Shown: piece by piece, positions 9,630 to 18,541 of the stretch
Position numbering within the stretch: the first letter of the stretch is position 1
Layout: every line of letters starts with the position of its first letter
NCBI GenBank assembly: GCA_902766825.1
Contig: CACXFB010000038.1
Coordinates: 2,903 to 66,902, forward strand
Length of the DNA stretch: 64,000 bases
Origin: an uncultured Lachnospiraceae bacterium
Lineage (GTDB): Bacteria > Bacillota > Clostridia > Lachnospirales > Lachnospiraceae
Direction: 5' to 3'
Translations under genes and position numbers: made by a program
Notes under the pieces: model-generated
Told to the model about the DNA's origin: nothing
Database searches by the model: none
What the model saw: only the letters and a program-made list of their open reading frames with translations

Positions 9630-9651
9630 ATAGTTAGTTATAACATACTAT
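9630..9651. promoter_or_regulatory. Second, imperfect copy of the 22-bp palindrome
   Basis: ATAGTTAGTTATAACATACTAT differs from 9488-9509 at 2 positions. Flanking CCAT is also shared. Confidence 0.3.
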
Positions 9652-9672
9652 CTTGTATTTTGCAACTTTTTT

Positions 9673-12309
9673 TTACTCTACCGCTGTTGCACCTTTAACA
9701 TCTGCCGTATTGCTGTACGAATCAACTGTTATGGTAACATCTGATGTTCCCTTAACATATACGGTTCCGTCTGTTCCTTGTACTGTTACGGTTTTACCGG
9801 TAGCATCTTCAATTGTTCCTGCACAATACAGATTGGTTAATGTGCTGTCCTGTGTGACAATCCATTTCGAAGATTCATCAATGTAGAGGTTGCAATAACC
9901 GTCACCGCCATCTCCTGCGCATGACTCATCATCTGTTACAGCTCCGGTAAGAATACTTCCATCTGTCATATAGAAGTCAAGTGTGCTGATGCTGTCCCAT
10001 ACAACAAGCCCTTCCATCTGCTGTTTGTTAGCTGTGAAATTACACTGTGAACCGTTCTTTCCGGTGCTGCCCCATCCACGTTCATTGGCATTACCTGTAC
10101 ATCTTAAGAAAAATTCACTGTCATCTGCGTAAGTGATATCAACATCAGAAAGAAGAATTGTGCATTCCGTGTTGGTTGTATATATCATCCCACCATTTCC
10201 GGCTGTAAGAGTTCCTCCTACCATTTCAAATGTACTGTTACCAACTTCTGCATCACCTGACATGCTCTGATATACAATAATGTTCCATGTCGTATCATTT
10301 GTATCTAAATCCTTCATATTACCGGTAAGATTGCAGTTGGTTAGTTTCAAAGAATTAAGTCCTTCAATACATACAGCCTCTGATCCTGTTGCGGTAAGGT
10401 CTGCATCATTTACAGTAATATCAGCTGTACAGTATACAGATGGTGAACCTACACCGTTACTTGTATATGAGCCGCCGTTAACTGTCATTGTTCCGCCGCC
10501 CCTATCACTTCTTATTGCAGCTGCACTCTCTCCGTTCGTCTCAACCGTCAGGTTAGATGCATTAAGTGTTCCGCCACCTGCAACATGTATTCCGCCCGAT
10601 GTGCTTTCCGTGGTATTAATTGTTGTATCAGAAACATTGACTACTCCGTCACCATATGCAAATACTCCTGCTCCGCCTTTTGCGTCCGTGGTAATTGTGC
10701 TGTCTTTTATGGTAATCTCCCCATCTGTTGCAAGAACAGCTGCACCTACTCCGTAAAAACTGGCACTATCACCGCCTGTACTGTCAGAAGAGTTTCTTGT
10801 AATATTAGCATTTTCTATATTAACCTTAACATCCGAATCAGCAAGAACGGCATTTTCATCTGTTCCTTGCGATGTTACATCTCCTGTTACTGTCTGTCCG
10901 TCTGTAGCGGTTATTACCGAATCATATGAAGTAACTGCTGCCTGTCCCGATGGTCCTCCTTGCTCATTACCGTCCGGTCTGCCCATGCCTTCCTGCGCTG
11001 CGGACATATTTTCCACAACAATCTTAGTTATATTCCCATCTTCATCAAATGTGATTGTTATGAAATCACCTTCCGAAATGTCTTCTAAGGAAATACTATT
11101 CTCCTCGCCATCAGCCGCCTTATACAACACACTCTCATCATTAATTGTCAGAACTGCTTCACTTTCCTGCCCCATCATTCCATCCGGTGCCTGTCCGCCA
11201 CCATCTTCTGCGTCCGGCATCTTTAGTGGTGTATTGGTATCATCTGGGCTTTTTGTACTGGTACTGTCTTGAGTTTTATCCTCTTGTGTCTGATTCTCTT
11301 CTGTAGATGACTGTTGTGTCAATTCTTCATCTTTACCGGTATTCACGGTGTCACTGTCTGATTTATCAGCTGCCTCTTTTGTTTCTTTATCTGCTTTATT
11401 ATCTGTTACCTTATCAGTCGCTGATTCATCCTTCCCGTTTCCTGTGGTTTTTGTATCATTTGATGTCTCGTTCGTTGTATCGGTTGTCGCTTTTTTATCT
11501 TTCTTTGTCTTTTCTGATGAATTTCCATCGGATTTCTTACTGTCTGATGAATCATCAGTGTCGCTGCTTTCCTTTTTTTCAGGTGGCGTCTTACGCCTTT
11601 CCTGTGTACTGCTATCACTTGAATCTTCACTGTCTGAATCCGATGAATTCTCTCTTTTATGATTATTCTTAGTCTCGTCCTTGTTACTTGAATCGCTGTC
11701 AGATTCAATGTTTTCTTCACTGTCAGAATCTGAATCTTCTGATGATTTATGTCTCTTTTTATGTTTACTTTAAGATGAATCCGACGTGTCAGACTCATTG
11801 TTATCTGATTCGCTATCCTGTGAAGTCTCCGATAACTGCGTATCATCTTCTGCAACAGACGCAGTGCTCATTGCCACTGCATTAGCAATTTTCAGATCAC
11901 CGGTTGTCGCAGATGAAGTTTTAGTCGCCTCGTCATCATTTGTTTTTTCAGCCGGCTCTTGTTCATCAGGTTTTGCAGGTGGCTCTTGCCCATCCGGCAT
12001 CGCAGGTGGCTCTTCTCCATCAGCCGTTGCCTGTGGTGTGCTTCCCTGCGGCGCCCCACCCATTACCGATAAGGTTATCTCATTATCCTCAATGGCACTG
12101 ACACAACCCGATACCGTCGTTCCCTAAGGTACCTCATCACCATTAGAATATTTAAACTCATTATCACTGCCACTTTTACTGTCAGTTGCCTCTTTTGCCA
12201 AACTACTATCGTTATCAGAAGATTTGGCACATCCTGAAAATGATGCTGCTACAAGACTTGTTGACATTGCTAACACCAAAAATAATTTTCTTTTGCTCAT
12301 AACAATCAC
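9673..12309 (-). pseudogene. Lipoprotein with acidic/Ser-rich linker and parallel beta-helix domain, interrupted by two in-frame stops
   Basis: ORFs 12124-12309 (signal peptide plus lipobox LVAASFSGC), 11770-12063 and 9673-11346 are all in one frame. They are separated only by TAG (12124-12126) and TAA (11770-11772). The C-terminal 557 aa has repetitive G/T/N-rich beta-helix-like repeats. Confidence 0.55.
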
Positions 12310-12404
12310 TCCTTTTAGTTTTCGCTGAACATATGTAATCTTATCTGTGATTTTATATGCAAAAGAAGTCCATTGTGTGTTAGCAATGTGAACTATGTGT
12401 GAAA

Positions 12405-12824
12405 TTAATCTTCATCATTTTCCTTATTCTCGCTTTGCTCATCTTCCTTATTATCATCTGCCTTAACCTTCATTCTCTTCTTGTTTTTTCTCATTGAAAC
12501 AAGTGCAAAGAATGCATTAATCAGGCACCATCCTGACCAGATTGCCAGATCCTTAAATATTCCTATATTGGTAAATCCAATCGCAGCCGCCAGACCAAAA
12601 AGAATAATCAATGCCACATTTCCGCCGTTCTTTTTTGCCTTTCTCGTAACGATTGAAACTATTCCACCTGATAGCATCAAAAATCCCACAAACATACCTG
12701 CCGAGCCTGAAGAGTCGCCGTTATCTTCCAGGGAATTAACCACCCCTGCTGCACACGACTGAAACTCAACCAACAAAAAGAATACTATTGATAAAATACC
12801 TGCAACTAATTTCCATGCTTTCAT
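12405..12824 (-). CDS. Small integral membrane protein, unknown function
   Basis: 139 aa, four hydrophobic segments, charged C-terminal tail. Confidence 0.5.
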   Translation of the reverse strand: MKAWKLVAGILSIVFFLLVEFQSCAAGVVNSLEDNGDSSGSAGMFVGFLMLSGGIVSIVTRKAKKNGGNVALIILFGLAAAIGFTNIGIFKDLAIWSGWCLINAFFALVSMRKNKKRMKVKADDNKEDEQSENKENDED

Positions 12825-12863
12825 TACACATTCCTCCTTGAATATTTACTGACCTGTCACTTG

Positions 12864-13322
12864 CTACTCCTGGACTCCGCTTGTACGAAGCGGTTCCATT
12901 CCTTTTTTCTTTAACACCTCATTAAACTCAATAATACTTCCGGGTCTTTCATTAAACATAATCATAATAAGTGCATCTCGTGGTGACTTTGGATAAAGCT
13001 GTGGCATCTCATATTTCCTTAGTGCACGCTGTGTTTCACTAAGACTCATCTGCGCGCCGTAACATATTCTTAAAATCACATCCCTTTGCTTAGTACGCTT
13101 CTCGCCCGACAATAGCTTATATCCATACCTTTCAGGAATATCCGCCTTCAAAAATACGCTCTGCTGCGTCATGCCTCTTTCTTTTAACAATCCTTTCATA
13201 TACACACCAAACGCATCATATCCGTTCATTCTCTCCCTGTTGTCGATACAGAATTTATCATATTCCGACAGGTGTATTTTCTCCAGAATATCATAGAGAT
13301 CTTTTGTATCCTGATTGTTCAT
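12864..13322 (-). CDS. HTH-domain transcriptional regulator (XRE-like)
   Basis: 152 aa. Central MTQQSVFLKADIPERYGYKLLSGEKR HTH-like segment. Confidence 0.55.
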   Translation of the reverse strand: MNNQDTKDLYDILEKIHLSEYDKFCIDNRERMNGYDAFGVYMKGLLKERGMTQQSVFLKADIPERYGYKLLSGEKRTKQRDVILRICYGAQMSLSETQRALRKYEMPQLYPKSPRDALIMIMFNERPGSIIEFNEVLKKKGMEPLRTSGVQE

Positions 13323-13425
13323 TGAAAGCCTCCTCTTTTGTAACTAATAAAATCTTATCATATTAACCTTTCTGTCGTTCCCACCATAACGGTGGGAATT
13401 TACCTGTTATCTTTCTATCAGGGTA

Positions 13426-13457
13426 CAAAAAAACACACCTGCATTTCACAGATGTGT
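13426..13457 (-). terminator. Rho-independent terminator of the hydrolase gene
   Basis: 9-bp stem ACACATCTG/CAGGTGTGT (one G-T pair), followed on the minus strand by TTTTTTTG. Confidence 0.55.
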
Positions 13458-13472
13458 ATAAATGACTTTTAT

Positions 13473-14375
13473 TCAATTTTTCTTTTTATTTTCCTGACAT
13501 CTTTTTAAAAATGAACTGACATGTCTGCGGTAAATATCAGGTTCCTTAAGAATACCCTCCGCATGTCCTGCTCCTTCAATCATACACAGTTCAGATAATC
13601 CTCTTGTAGCTTTCGCCATTCTTTTTGAATTATCCGGTGTAATATAAATATCTGCCTTACCGTGAAGAAACAATATCGGTATATGGTTATCCGACAATGC
13701 ATCTATTGGTCGCATCTCTTCTAATGAATGGTGGTATAAAACCTTTATTCCCATATTAGCAAGATCAACCAGGACATCTGGTAAATGTGCCCTCCTGTAA
13801 CCTTCCCTAAGCACATTGTCAATATCCGAAAATCCGCAATCGGCAACAACAAAGTCCACCAAAGGTTTGTATTTTAATGACGTTATTGTTGTGGCTGCTC
13901 CAAGCGATTCCCCATGAAGTCCAAGGCATTCAATATCATTATACCGGCTACGTGTATCCTTAATAAGTGATATTAAATCCCTGCTTTCAAGCTTCCCGTA
14001 AGTGGTAATAGCTCTTTCATTTTCACCATGTCCGCGCAAATCATATATTATACAGTTAAAACCCAGCTCCATATACATCTGAACATATTTAAGTGATCCT
14101 ATCCGGTTGTCGCTATACCCATGGGATATGATAACATAACGATTCGTCGGTGTAGGATTCTTAAGAAACTGCACATGAAGAATGTACCCTTTATAACCGC
14201 TAACAGTATAATCCGTTTTACTTAATGTATTGTAAAATGAAGTATCATACTTCTTTGACTGCCATTCTAACGCTTCCGTTACAGACTGCCTTTTTCCTCT
14301 CCTGACAACAAAAGTTGCCAGCCACATGGCTACAATAAAAAACAAAACAATAACAACAATAAGTACAATCATCAT
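13473..14375 (-). CDS. Membrane-anchored alpha/beta hydrolase
   Basis: 300 aa. N-terminal TM helix, HGYSDN, nucleophile elbow GESLG, later HGKAD and GAGH. Confidence 0.8.
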   Translation of the reverse strand: MMIVLIVVIVLFFIVAMWLATFVVRRGKRQSVTEALEWQSKKYDTSFYNTLSKTDYTVSGYKGYILHVQFLKNPTPTNRYVIISHGYSDNRIGSLKYVQMYMELGFNCIIYDLRGHGENERAITTYGKLESRDLISLIKDTRSRYNDIECLGLHGESLGAATTITSLKYKPLVDFVVADCGFSDIDNVLREGYRRAHLPDVLVDLANMGIKVLYHHSLEEMRPIDALSDNHIPILFLHGKADIYITPDNSKRMAKATRGLSELCMIEGAGHAEGILKEPDIYRRHVSSFLKRCQENKKKN

Positions 14376-14481
14376 GTTTTTTCACCACTTTTCCTGTCAG
14401 ACTTAACTCTAAGGTATCAAAAAATATTAATTTAATTATAATATCATACCGCCATTCCGGTCAACTTCTCGCAAGACAATC

Positions 14482-14508
14482 AAAAAAACGGCGGGGAAAT
14501 TCCCGCCG
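14482..14508 (-). terminator. Rho-independent terminator
   Basis: CGGCGGG/CCCGCCG GC-rich stem, followed on the minus strand by TTTTTTTG. Confidence 0.7.
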
Positions 14509-14531
14509 CATGTTGTAGCATTATTATGCAA

Positions 14532-14987
14532 TTAGTATCTTCTTGGCTGTCCAACTTTGCTTAAAATATAGTCGTTACCATTGTTGTTATCCCAAGCATC
14601 AACACCGTTATCTGTCTGATAGTGAATAGCGAACTGTGCATCGCTGATTACATATCCTTCGATAACCCATAACTCTCTGTTGTTATCTAAGCTCTTAACA
14701 TAAGTAGCTGCTGGAGATTCCTTCCATACCTTTGTGTTATCGCAATACCACATATGGATGTACTTGTTATAAGCATTGTTCTCAACCTGAACATATACCT
14801 TGTAATGAACAACTCCGCCACCATTCTCTGTGTGGATGTAAGTTGTAACATAAAGATCTTCAGCGCTCATGAACTGAACCTGTGGATCCCACCAGAATGC
14901 ATTTGCATATGTTGTTGTTGCTAATACAGATGTAACGATTGCTACAGCTGCAAGCATAACTGATAATAACTTTTTCATCTTTGTCAT
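14532..14987 (-). CDS. Secreted CBM21-like (starch/glycogen-binding module) protein
   Basis: Signal peptide (MTKMKKLLSVMLAAVAIV...ANA). Pattern VYVQVENNAYNKYIHMWY...FAIHYQ...AWDNNNGNDYIL matches the CBM21/CBM53 signature ending in WDNNxGxNY. Start moved to ATG 14987, which is preceded by AAGGAG. Confidence 0.6.
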   Translation of the reverse strand: MTKMKKLLSVMLAAVAIVTSVLATTTYANAFWWDPQVQFMSAEDLYVTTYIHTENGGGVVHYKVYVQVENNAYNKYIHMWYCDNTKVWKESPAATYVKSLDNNRELWVIEGYVISDAQFAIHYQTDNGVDAWDNNNGNDYILSKVGQPRRY

Positions 14988-15208
14988 AATGAAATTCTCC
15001 TTTTTCTTTTCTTTATATTTTGCCAATACAATTACAATTGCTAAGGATTATTTGTATATTCGTATCAGCTAAATAACTACATCATATAAACATTCCCACC
15101 GGCAGTTGTAAAATGCTAAAAAACAACTGCCGATGCTGTTCTTACTGCCATATACAGTAATGATAAAAGTGATTCTTCATCTTTCCATCAAATTTAGTTA
15201 CATCACAA

Positions 15209-15237
15209 ATTATATGTACATTTTATTTGTATTTCAA
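15209..15237 (-). promoter_or_regulatory. Sigma-A-type promoter
   Basis: TTGAAA (15232-15237) - 17 nt - TATAAT (15209-15214) on the minus strand. Implies a leader of about 210 nt before the CBM21-like gene. Confidence 0.45.
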
Positions 15238-15320
15238 GCTTATAAATAATAATCAGCGATATTTATATACACTCAAAAAACCAACGGTCATTTTTGTTGC
15301 TTTTGCGAAAAACTTTTTTT

Positions 15321-15497
15321 CTACATCTGTTTTCTGACTATCTTATACTCATCATCTGCCTGATAATAAGGACATGAGGAATTTTTGTCACACATAAGTC
15401 TTACATAATCATCTTCATCCATATTTACCTGACAATCATACGCATCATATTCCTCGTCATATACATAAAAACTACAACTGTTACAATCTGCACTCAT
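15321..15497 (-). CDS. Small cysteine-rich acidic protein (58 aa)
   Basis: Below the ORF-track size cut-off. My translation is MSADCNSCSFYVYDEEYDAYDCQVNMDEDDYVRLMCDKNSSCPYYQADDEYKIVRKQM. Its ATG abuts the TAA of the upstream gene (TAAATG). Confidence 0.4.
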   Translation of the reverse strand: MSADCNSCSFYVYDEEYDAYDCQVNMDEDDYVRLMCDKNSSCPYYQADDEYKIVRKQM

Positions 15498-16772
15498 TTA
15501 ATGACGTCCTCCTTTTTTTCCATGAGAGCTTACCATATCACTGTTAGGATTGTCAAATGATATTCCAAGTGCATCGGCCACAGCTTCCATAATACCATTA
15601 CTGCTGAACGTTGCACCGCTCACTGAATCAACATCCGTTGTCTGTCCGGATATTATTTCATTAATAACCGTTGTCTTGGCTTTATTGAAAAACTGATTGT
15701 CATCAGCATAATCGTCCACGGTAATGTCCGTTATCTTTCCATTCTTAACAGTCACCGTTACGGTTGTTGTTCCTCTGTAACCCTCACCACTTCCCTGATA
15801 TGTTCCGTCTTCTATCTGCAACAACGCTTCCTCTAAACTGTCTGCATCAGATTGTATCAACGAATTATCACTGCCGTTACCGATACTGCCTGTGCTGTTT
15901 GTATCTGCAGTACTGCCTGTCGTATTACTGCTTGAATCCACCAATGCATTTCCACCATAATACACACCAGCAATTATTGCAACCGACACAACTGCAGCCA
16001 CAATTCCTTTAGGGCTTGTATATAAGACATTAAGATTACATACATTTGCACATTTAAAACAATCTATACATTCTCCCGAAACAACTTCACCATGTTCATC
16101 CGCCTCCTTATTCACATCTATTCCCATCGGACATTTTTTACTGCACATGCCACATTTAACACAGCTTGTATTCTTTTTGACTCTGTATAATCTTGCTGAT
16201 GAAAGTACTCCAAATATACCACCTAGCGGACACAGATATCTGCAAAAGAATCGCTCTTTAAACATTGACATAACAATTATTATCAGTAATATCATTCCGC
16301 CGACTGATATCAGCGAACTTAAATCACTCCATCCTTTGTATGATGAATAGATACCAAATACATTCCACGGACTAAGTGTATTAAGTGAAAGATTCATTAT
16401 CCATGTAACAATAACTGCAACCAGAACAACGTATTTTCCCCACTTTAACATTTTATCTGTCTTAGGGCTTATCTTAATCTGCTTAATCTTAAGTTTTGCT
16501 GCTGCAAATGCCATCAGCTCCTGCATACTTCCAAAAGCGCACAGATATCCGCAAAAGAAACGTCCGACAACCATTGTTACCGGTATTACCGCAAGTAAAG
16601 TGATAACCGGTGTGAGCATAGCCGACGTAAAGAGTGCTCCAGCTATTGCGCCTTTTATTAATGTCTCGATTGCACTAAGAATTAATATAAACACTCCCGG
16701 CATTACTATAAATCCGGCAATCTGAATAACATGTCTTAATAACTGCACTACCGAAACTTTTCTTTTATCCAT
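15498..16772 (-). CDS. Membrane polyferredoxin (NapH/MauN-like 4Fe-4S) with C-terminal FMN-binding domain
   Basis: FFCGYLCAFG and FFCRYLCPLG membrane Cys motifs, CVKCGMCSKKCP and CIDCFKCANVC ferredoxin motifs, C-terminal FMN_bind-like VDSVSGATFSSNG. Start set at ATG 16772, downstream of AAGGAG. Confidence 0.8.
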   Translation of the reverse strand: MDKRKVSVVQLLRHVIQIAGFIVMPGVFILILSAIETLIKGAIAGALFTSAMLTPVITLLAVIPVTMVVGRFFCGYLCAFGSMQELMAFAAAKLKIKQIKISPKTDKMLKWGKYVVLVAVIVTWIMNLSLNTLSPWNVFGIYSSYKGWSDLSSLISVGGMILLIIIVMSMFKERFFCRYLCPLGGIFGVLSSARLYRVKKNTSCVKCGMCSKKCPMGIDVNKEADEHGEVVSGECIDCFKCANVCNLNVLYTSPKGIVAAVVSVAIIAGVYYGGNALVDSSSNTTGSTADTNSTGSIGNGSDNSLIQSDADSLEEALLQIEDGTYQGSGEGYRGTTTVTVTVKNGKITDITVDDYADDNQFFNKAKTTVINEIISGQTTDVDSVSGATFSSNGIMEAVADALGISFDNPNSDMVSSHGKKGGRH

Positions 16773-16896
16773 AATACTCACGCTCCTTCACTCTTAATTT
16801 ATAATTATAATTAAAGAGAATAAGGTGTTTATTCTGTGAATACTTTGGCAATAATCTGTGAAACTAACACCTTGCAAATCAAAGTATAATATGCTA

Positions 16897-17011
16897 ACAT
16901 CTAACTAAACAGAAAGCACCCACTCCAAAGTGGATGCTCCGAGTTTAGGTTCAAATGTCCTTATGGACACCGCCTATCCTGTGGTCAGACAGGATAGGCA
17001 TTTTTTATTTT
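16897..17011 (+). ncRNA. Candidate orphan small RNA on the plus strand
   Basis: TATAAT at 16885-16890, two internal hairpins (GCACCCACT/AGTGGATGC, GTCC/GGAC) and a strong plus-strand intrinsic terminator. No plus-strand ORF is present. Confidence 0.3.
16972..17011 (+). terminator. Plus-strand intrinsic terminator
   Basis: 11-bp perfect stem GCCTATCCTGT/ACAGGATAGGC, followed by ATTTTTTATTTT on the plus strand only. Confidence 0.6.
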
Positions 17012-17113
17012 CTTCTCTTAGAAACTCTATTTACTAAAGTTCTCTCTTTATTGAAAAAACTAAGTAACGCTACAATCAAGCTGCCATATGATAATATCAA
17101 ATATTTAGTCATT

Positions 17114-18541
17114 CTATTGTTTAAGTCTTGAATCAATTGAATTTTCATATATACGGTAAAATGATACTCTCTCATACGGCGTTGCCATCTCGTTGTAACT
17201 ATCTATAATACCTTGATAATCAACGCTGCCGTCCATGTCCCCAACATAGATATTCACTCCGATTTTATCGTTCTTTATATACGCCTTTACATCCTTTATA
17301 CAATTGCTTTTACTTTTAATCAGTTCTTCAATCTTTGCTGCACTTACATTTTCACCGTTACTGGTAAGAAGCATTTTTTTCTTACGTCCTTTAACATATA
17401 ATTTGTTATCTTTGATAAAGCCCAGGTCACCTGTATGGAAATATCCGTTCTCATCAAACACTATTGCATTCAGACTTAGGTCTGTATATCCCTTAAACAC
17501 ATTATCCCCTTTTACTGTTATTTCCCCGATTCCGTCTTTGTCAGCATCTGCAATCTTAACATCAATGTCCTCATACAATTCGCCGGCACTTTCAAAGTCA
17601 TCACATCCCGGATACGCCAGTGTAAAGCTTGACGAACATTCAGTAAGTGCATACGTCTGCATAAGATTCATATTTTTATCCGCAAACATCTGCCTGTATT
17701 TCTTTTCAAGCGCAGCACCCCCGCATATGACACATCTGATTTTATTGCCAAATGCTTTATCTATGTTGTCTTTGTAACTGTCACATAAGTTCTTGATTAC
17801 TATCGGTACACAGCAAAAAATCGTAGGATTAACTTCAATAAGTTCTCTTGCTATGTTGCTTGTGGAACTCGAAATATATATTCTGTGACCTGTTATAAGT
17901 GAATACATAAAGTGACACACCGATGCGTATGTATGGTGCATAGGCAGGAACATATATGCAGTGTCATCATGACTTAGATGACATCTTTTTTGCAGGCTGT
18001 TAAGACCTGAAAAGATATTCCTAAGTGACAGCATTACCCCTTTACTCTTTCCCGTGGTGCCTGACGAAAACACTATCTTAGCCGTTTCATCGTATTCTTT
18101 AACAGGCATCCCAAGTAAAGATATTGAAAAATCCTCTTCCACATTCTCCATCTTTAAAACGTCGATTGCAATTTCTTTTCCAATCTCAGACGCAACATCT
18201 TTATACCTTTCTGAACAGATAAGAACATCGGCATCTATCTCTTTAATACTTTCAGTTATGTCTTCCTTGTTCCATTCCTTGCAAATGATACAGCTTTTGC
18301 CGACATAAAAAGTTATCGCAAGATCGCATGCCATAAGATTAGTGCTGTTCTCGCTTAACAAAATAATGCTTTTGTCTTTATAGCCACTCTCCAAAAGATA
18401 TTTTGCAATTCCAAGTGACTTCTCAATAAACCTCTTATAAGTTATACCCTCAAATCCGGCCGTCCCCTTTTTTTCAAAAATATATTCATCATACGACCAG
18501 TCATGATATATTTTTTTAATCTGCTTTTTTAAATCAATCAT
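17114..18541 (-). CDS. AMP-dependent synthetase/ligase (acyl-CoA or acyl-AMP ligase)
   Basis: 475 aa. FSSGTTGKSKGV adenylation P-loop, YALTE, TGDLG and GRKKKML motifs. Confidence 0.85.
   Translation of the reverse strand: MIDLKKQIKKIYHDWSYDEYIFEKKGTAGFEGITYKRFIEKSLGIAKYLLESGYKDKSIILLSENSTNLMACDLAITFYVGKSCIICKEWNKEDITESIKEIDADVLICSERYKDVASEIGKEIAIDVLKMENVEEDFSISLLGMPVKEYDETAKIVFSSGTTGKSKGVMLSLRNIFSGLNSLQKRCHLSHDDTAYMFLPMHHTYASVCHFMYSLITGHRIYISSSTSNIARELIEVNPTIFCCVPIVIKNLCDSYKDNIDKAFGNKIRCVICGGAALEKKYRQMFADKNMNLMQTYALTECSSSFTLAYPGCDDFESAGELYEDIDVKIADADKDGIGEITVKGDNVFKGYTDLSLNAIVFDENGYFHTGDLGFIKDNKLYVKGRKKKMLLTSNGENVSAAKIEELIKSKSNCIKDVKAYIKNDKIGVNIYVGDMDGSVDYQGIIDSYNEMATPYERVSFYRIYENSIDSRLKQ

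Noticed and set aside
12124-12126. The TAG could be read as pyrrolysine or as programmed read-through in the lipoprotein frame.
   Set aside because: The second interruption is TAA, not TAG. There are no pyl genes and no recoding signal in the window. Nonsense mutation or sequencing error is simpler.
11307-12127. Alternative-frame ORFs (11307-11672, 11348-11662, 11406-11855, 11786-12127) over the acidic/Ser-rich linker region.
   Set aside because: The DNA here is repetitive (GAT/TCA/GAA-rich), so several frames stay open. Only the frame continuous with the lipoprotein signal peptide and the beta-helix domain makes biological sense.
16782-17113. An FMN (RFN) or other riboswitch on the minus strand upstream of the FMN-binding polyferredoxin gene, and a tRNA-like GGTTCAAAT string at about 16948.
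   Set aside because: No RFN core (GGGTGAAATTCC, AGTCTGGATGGGAGA) is present and no cloverleaf can be drawn. The only U-tract follows the hairpin on the plus strand, which favours an independent plus-strand RNA.
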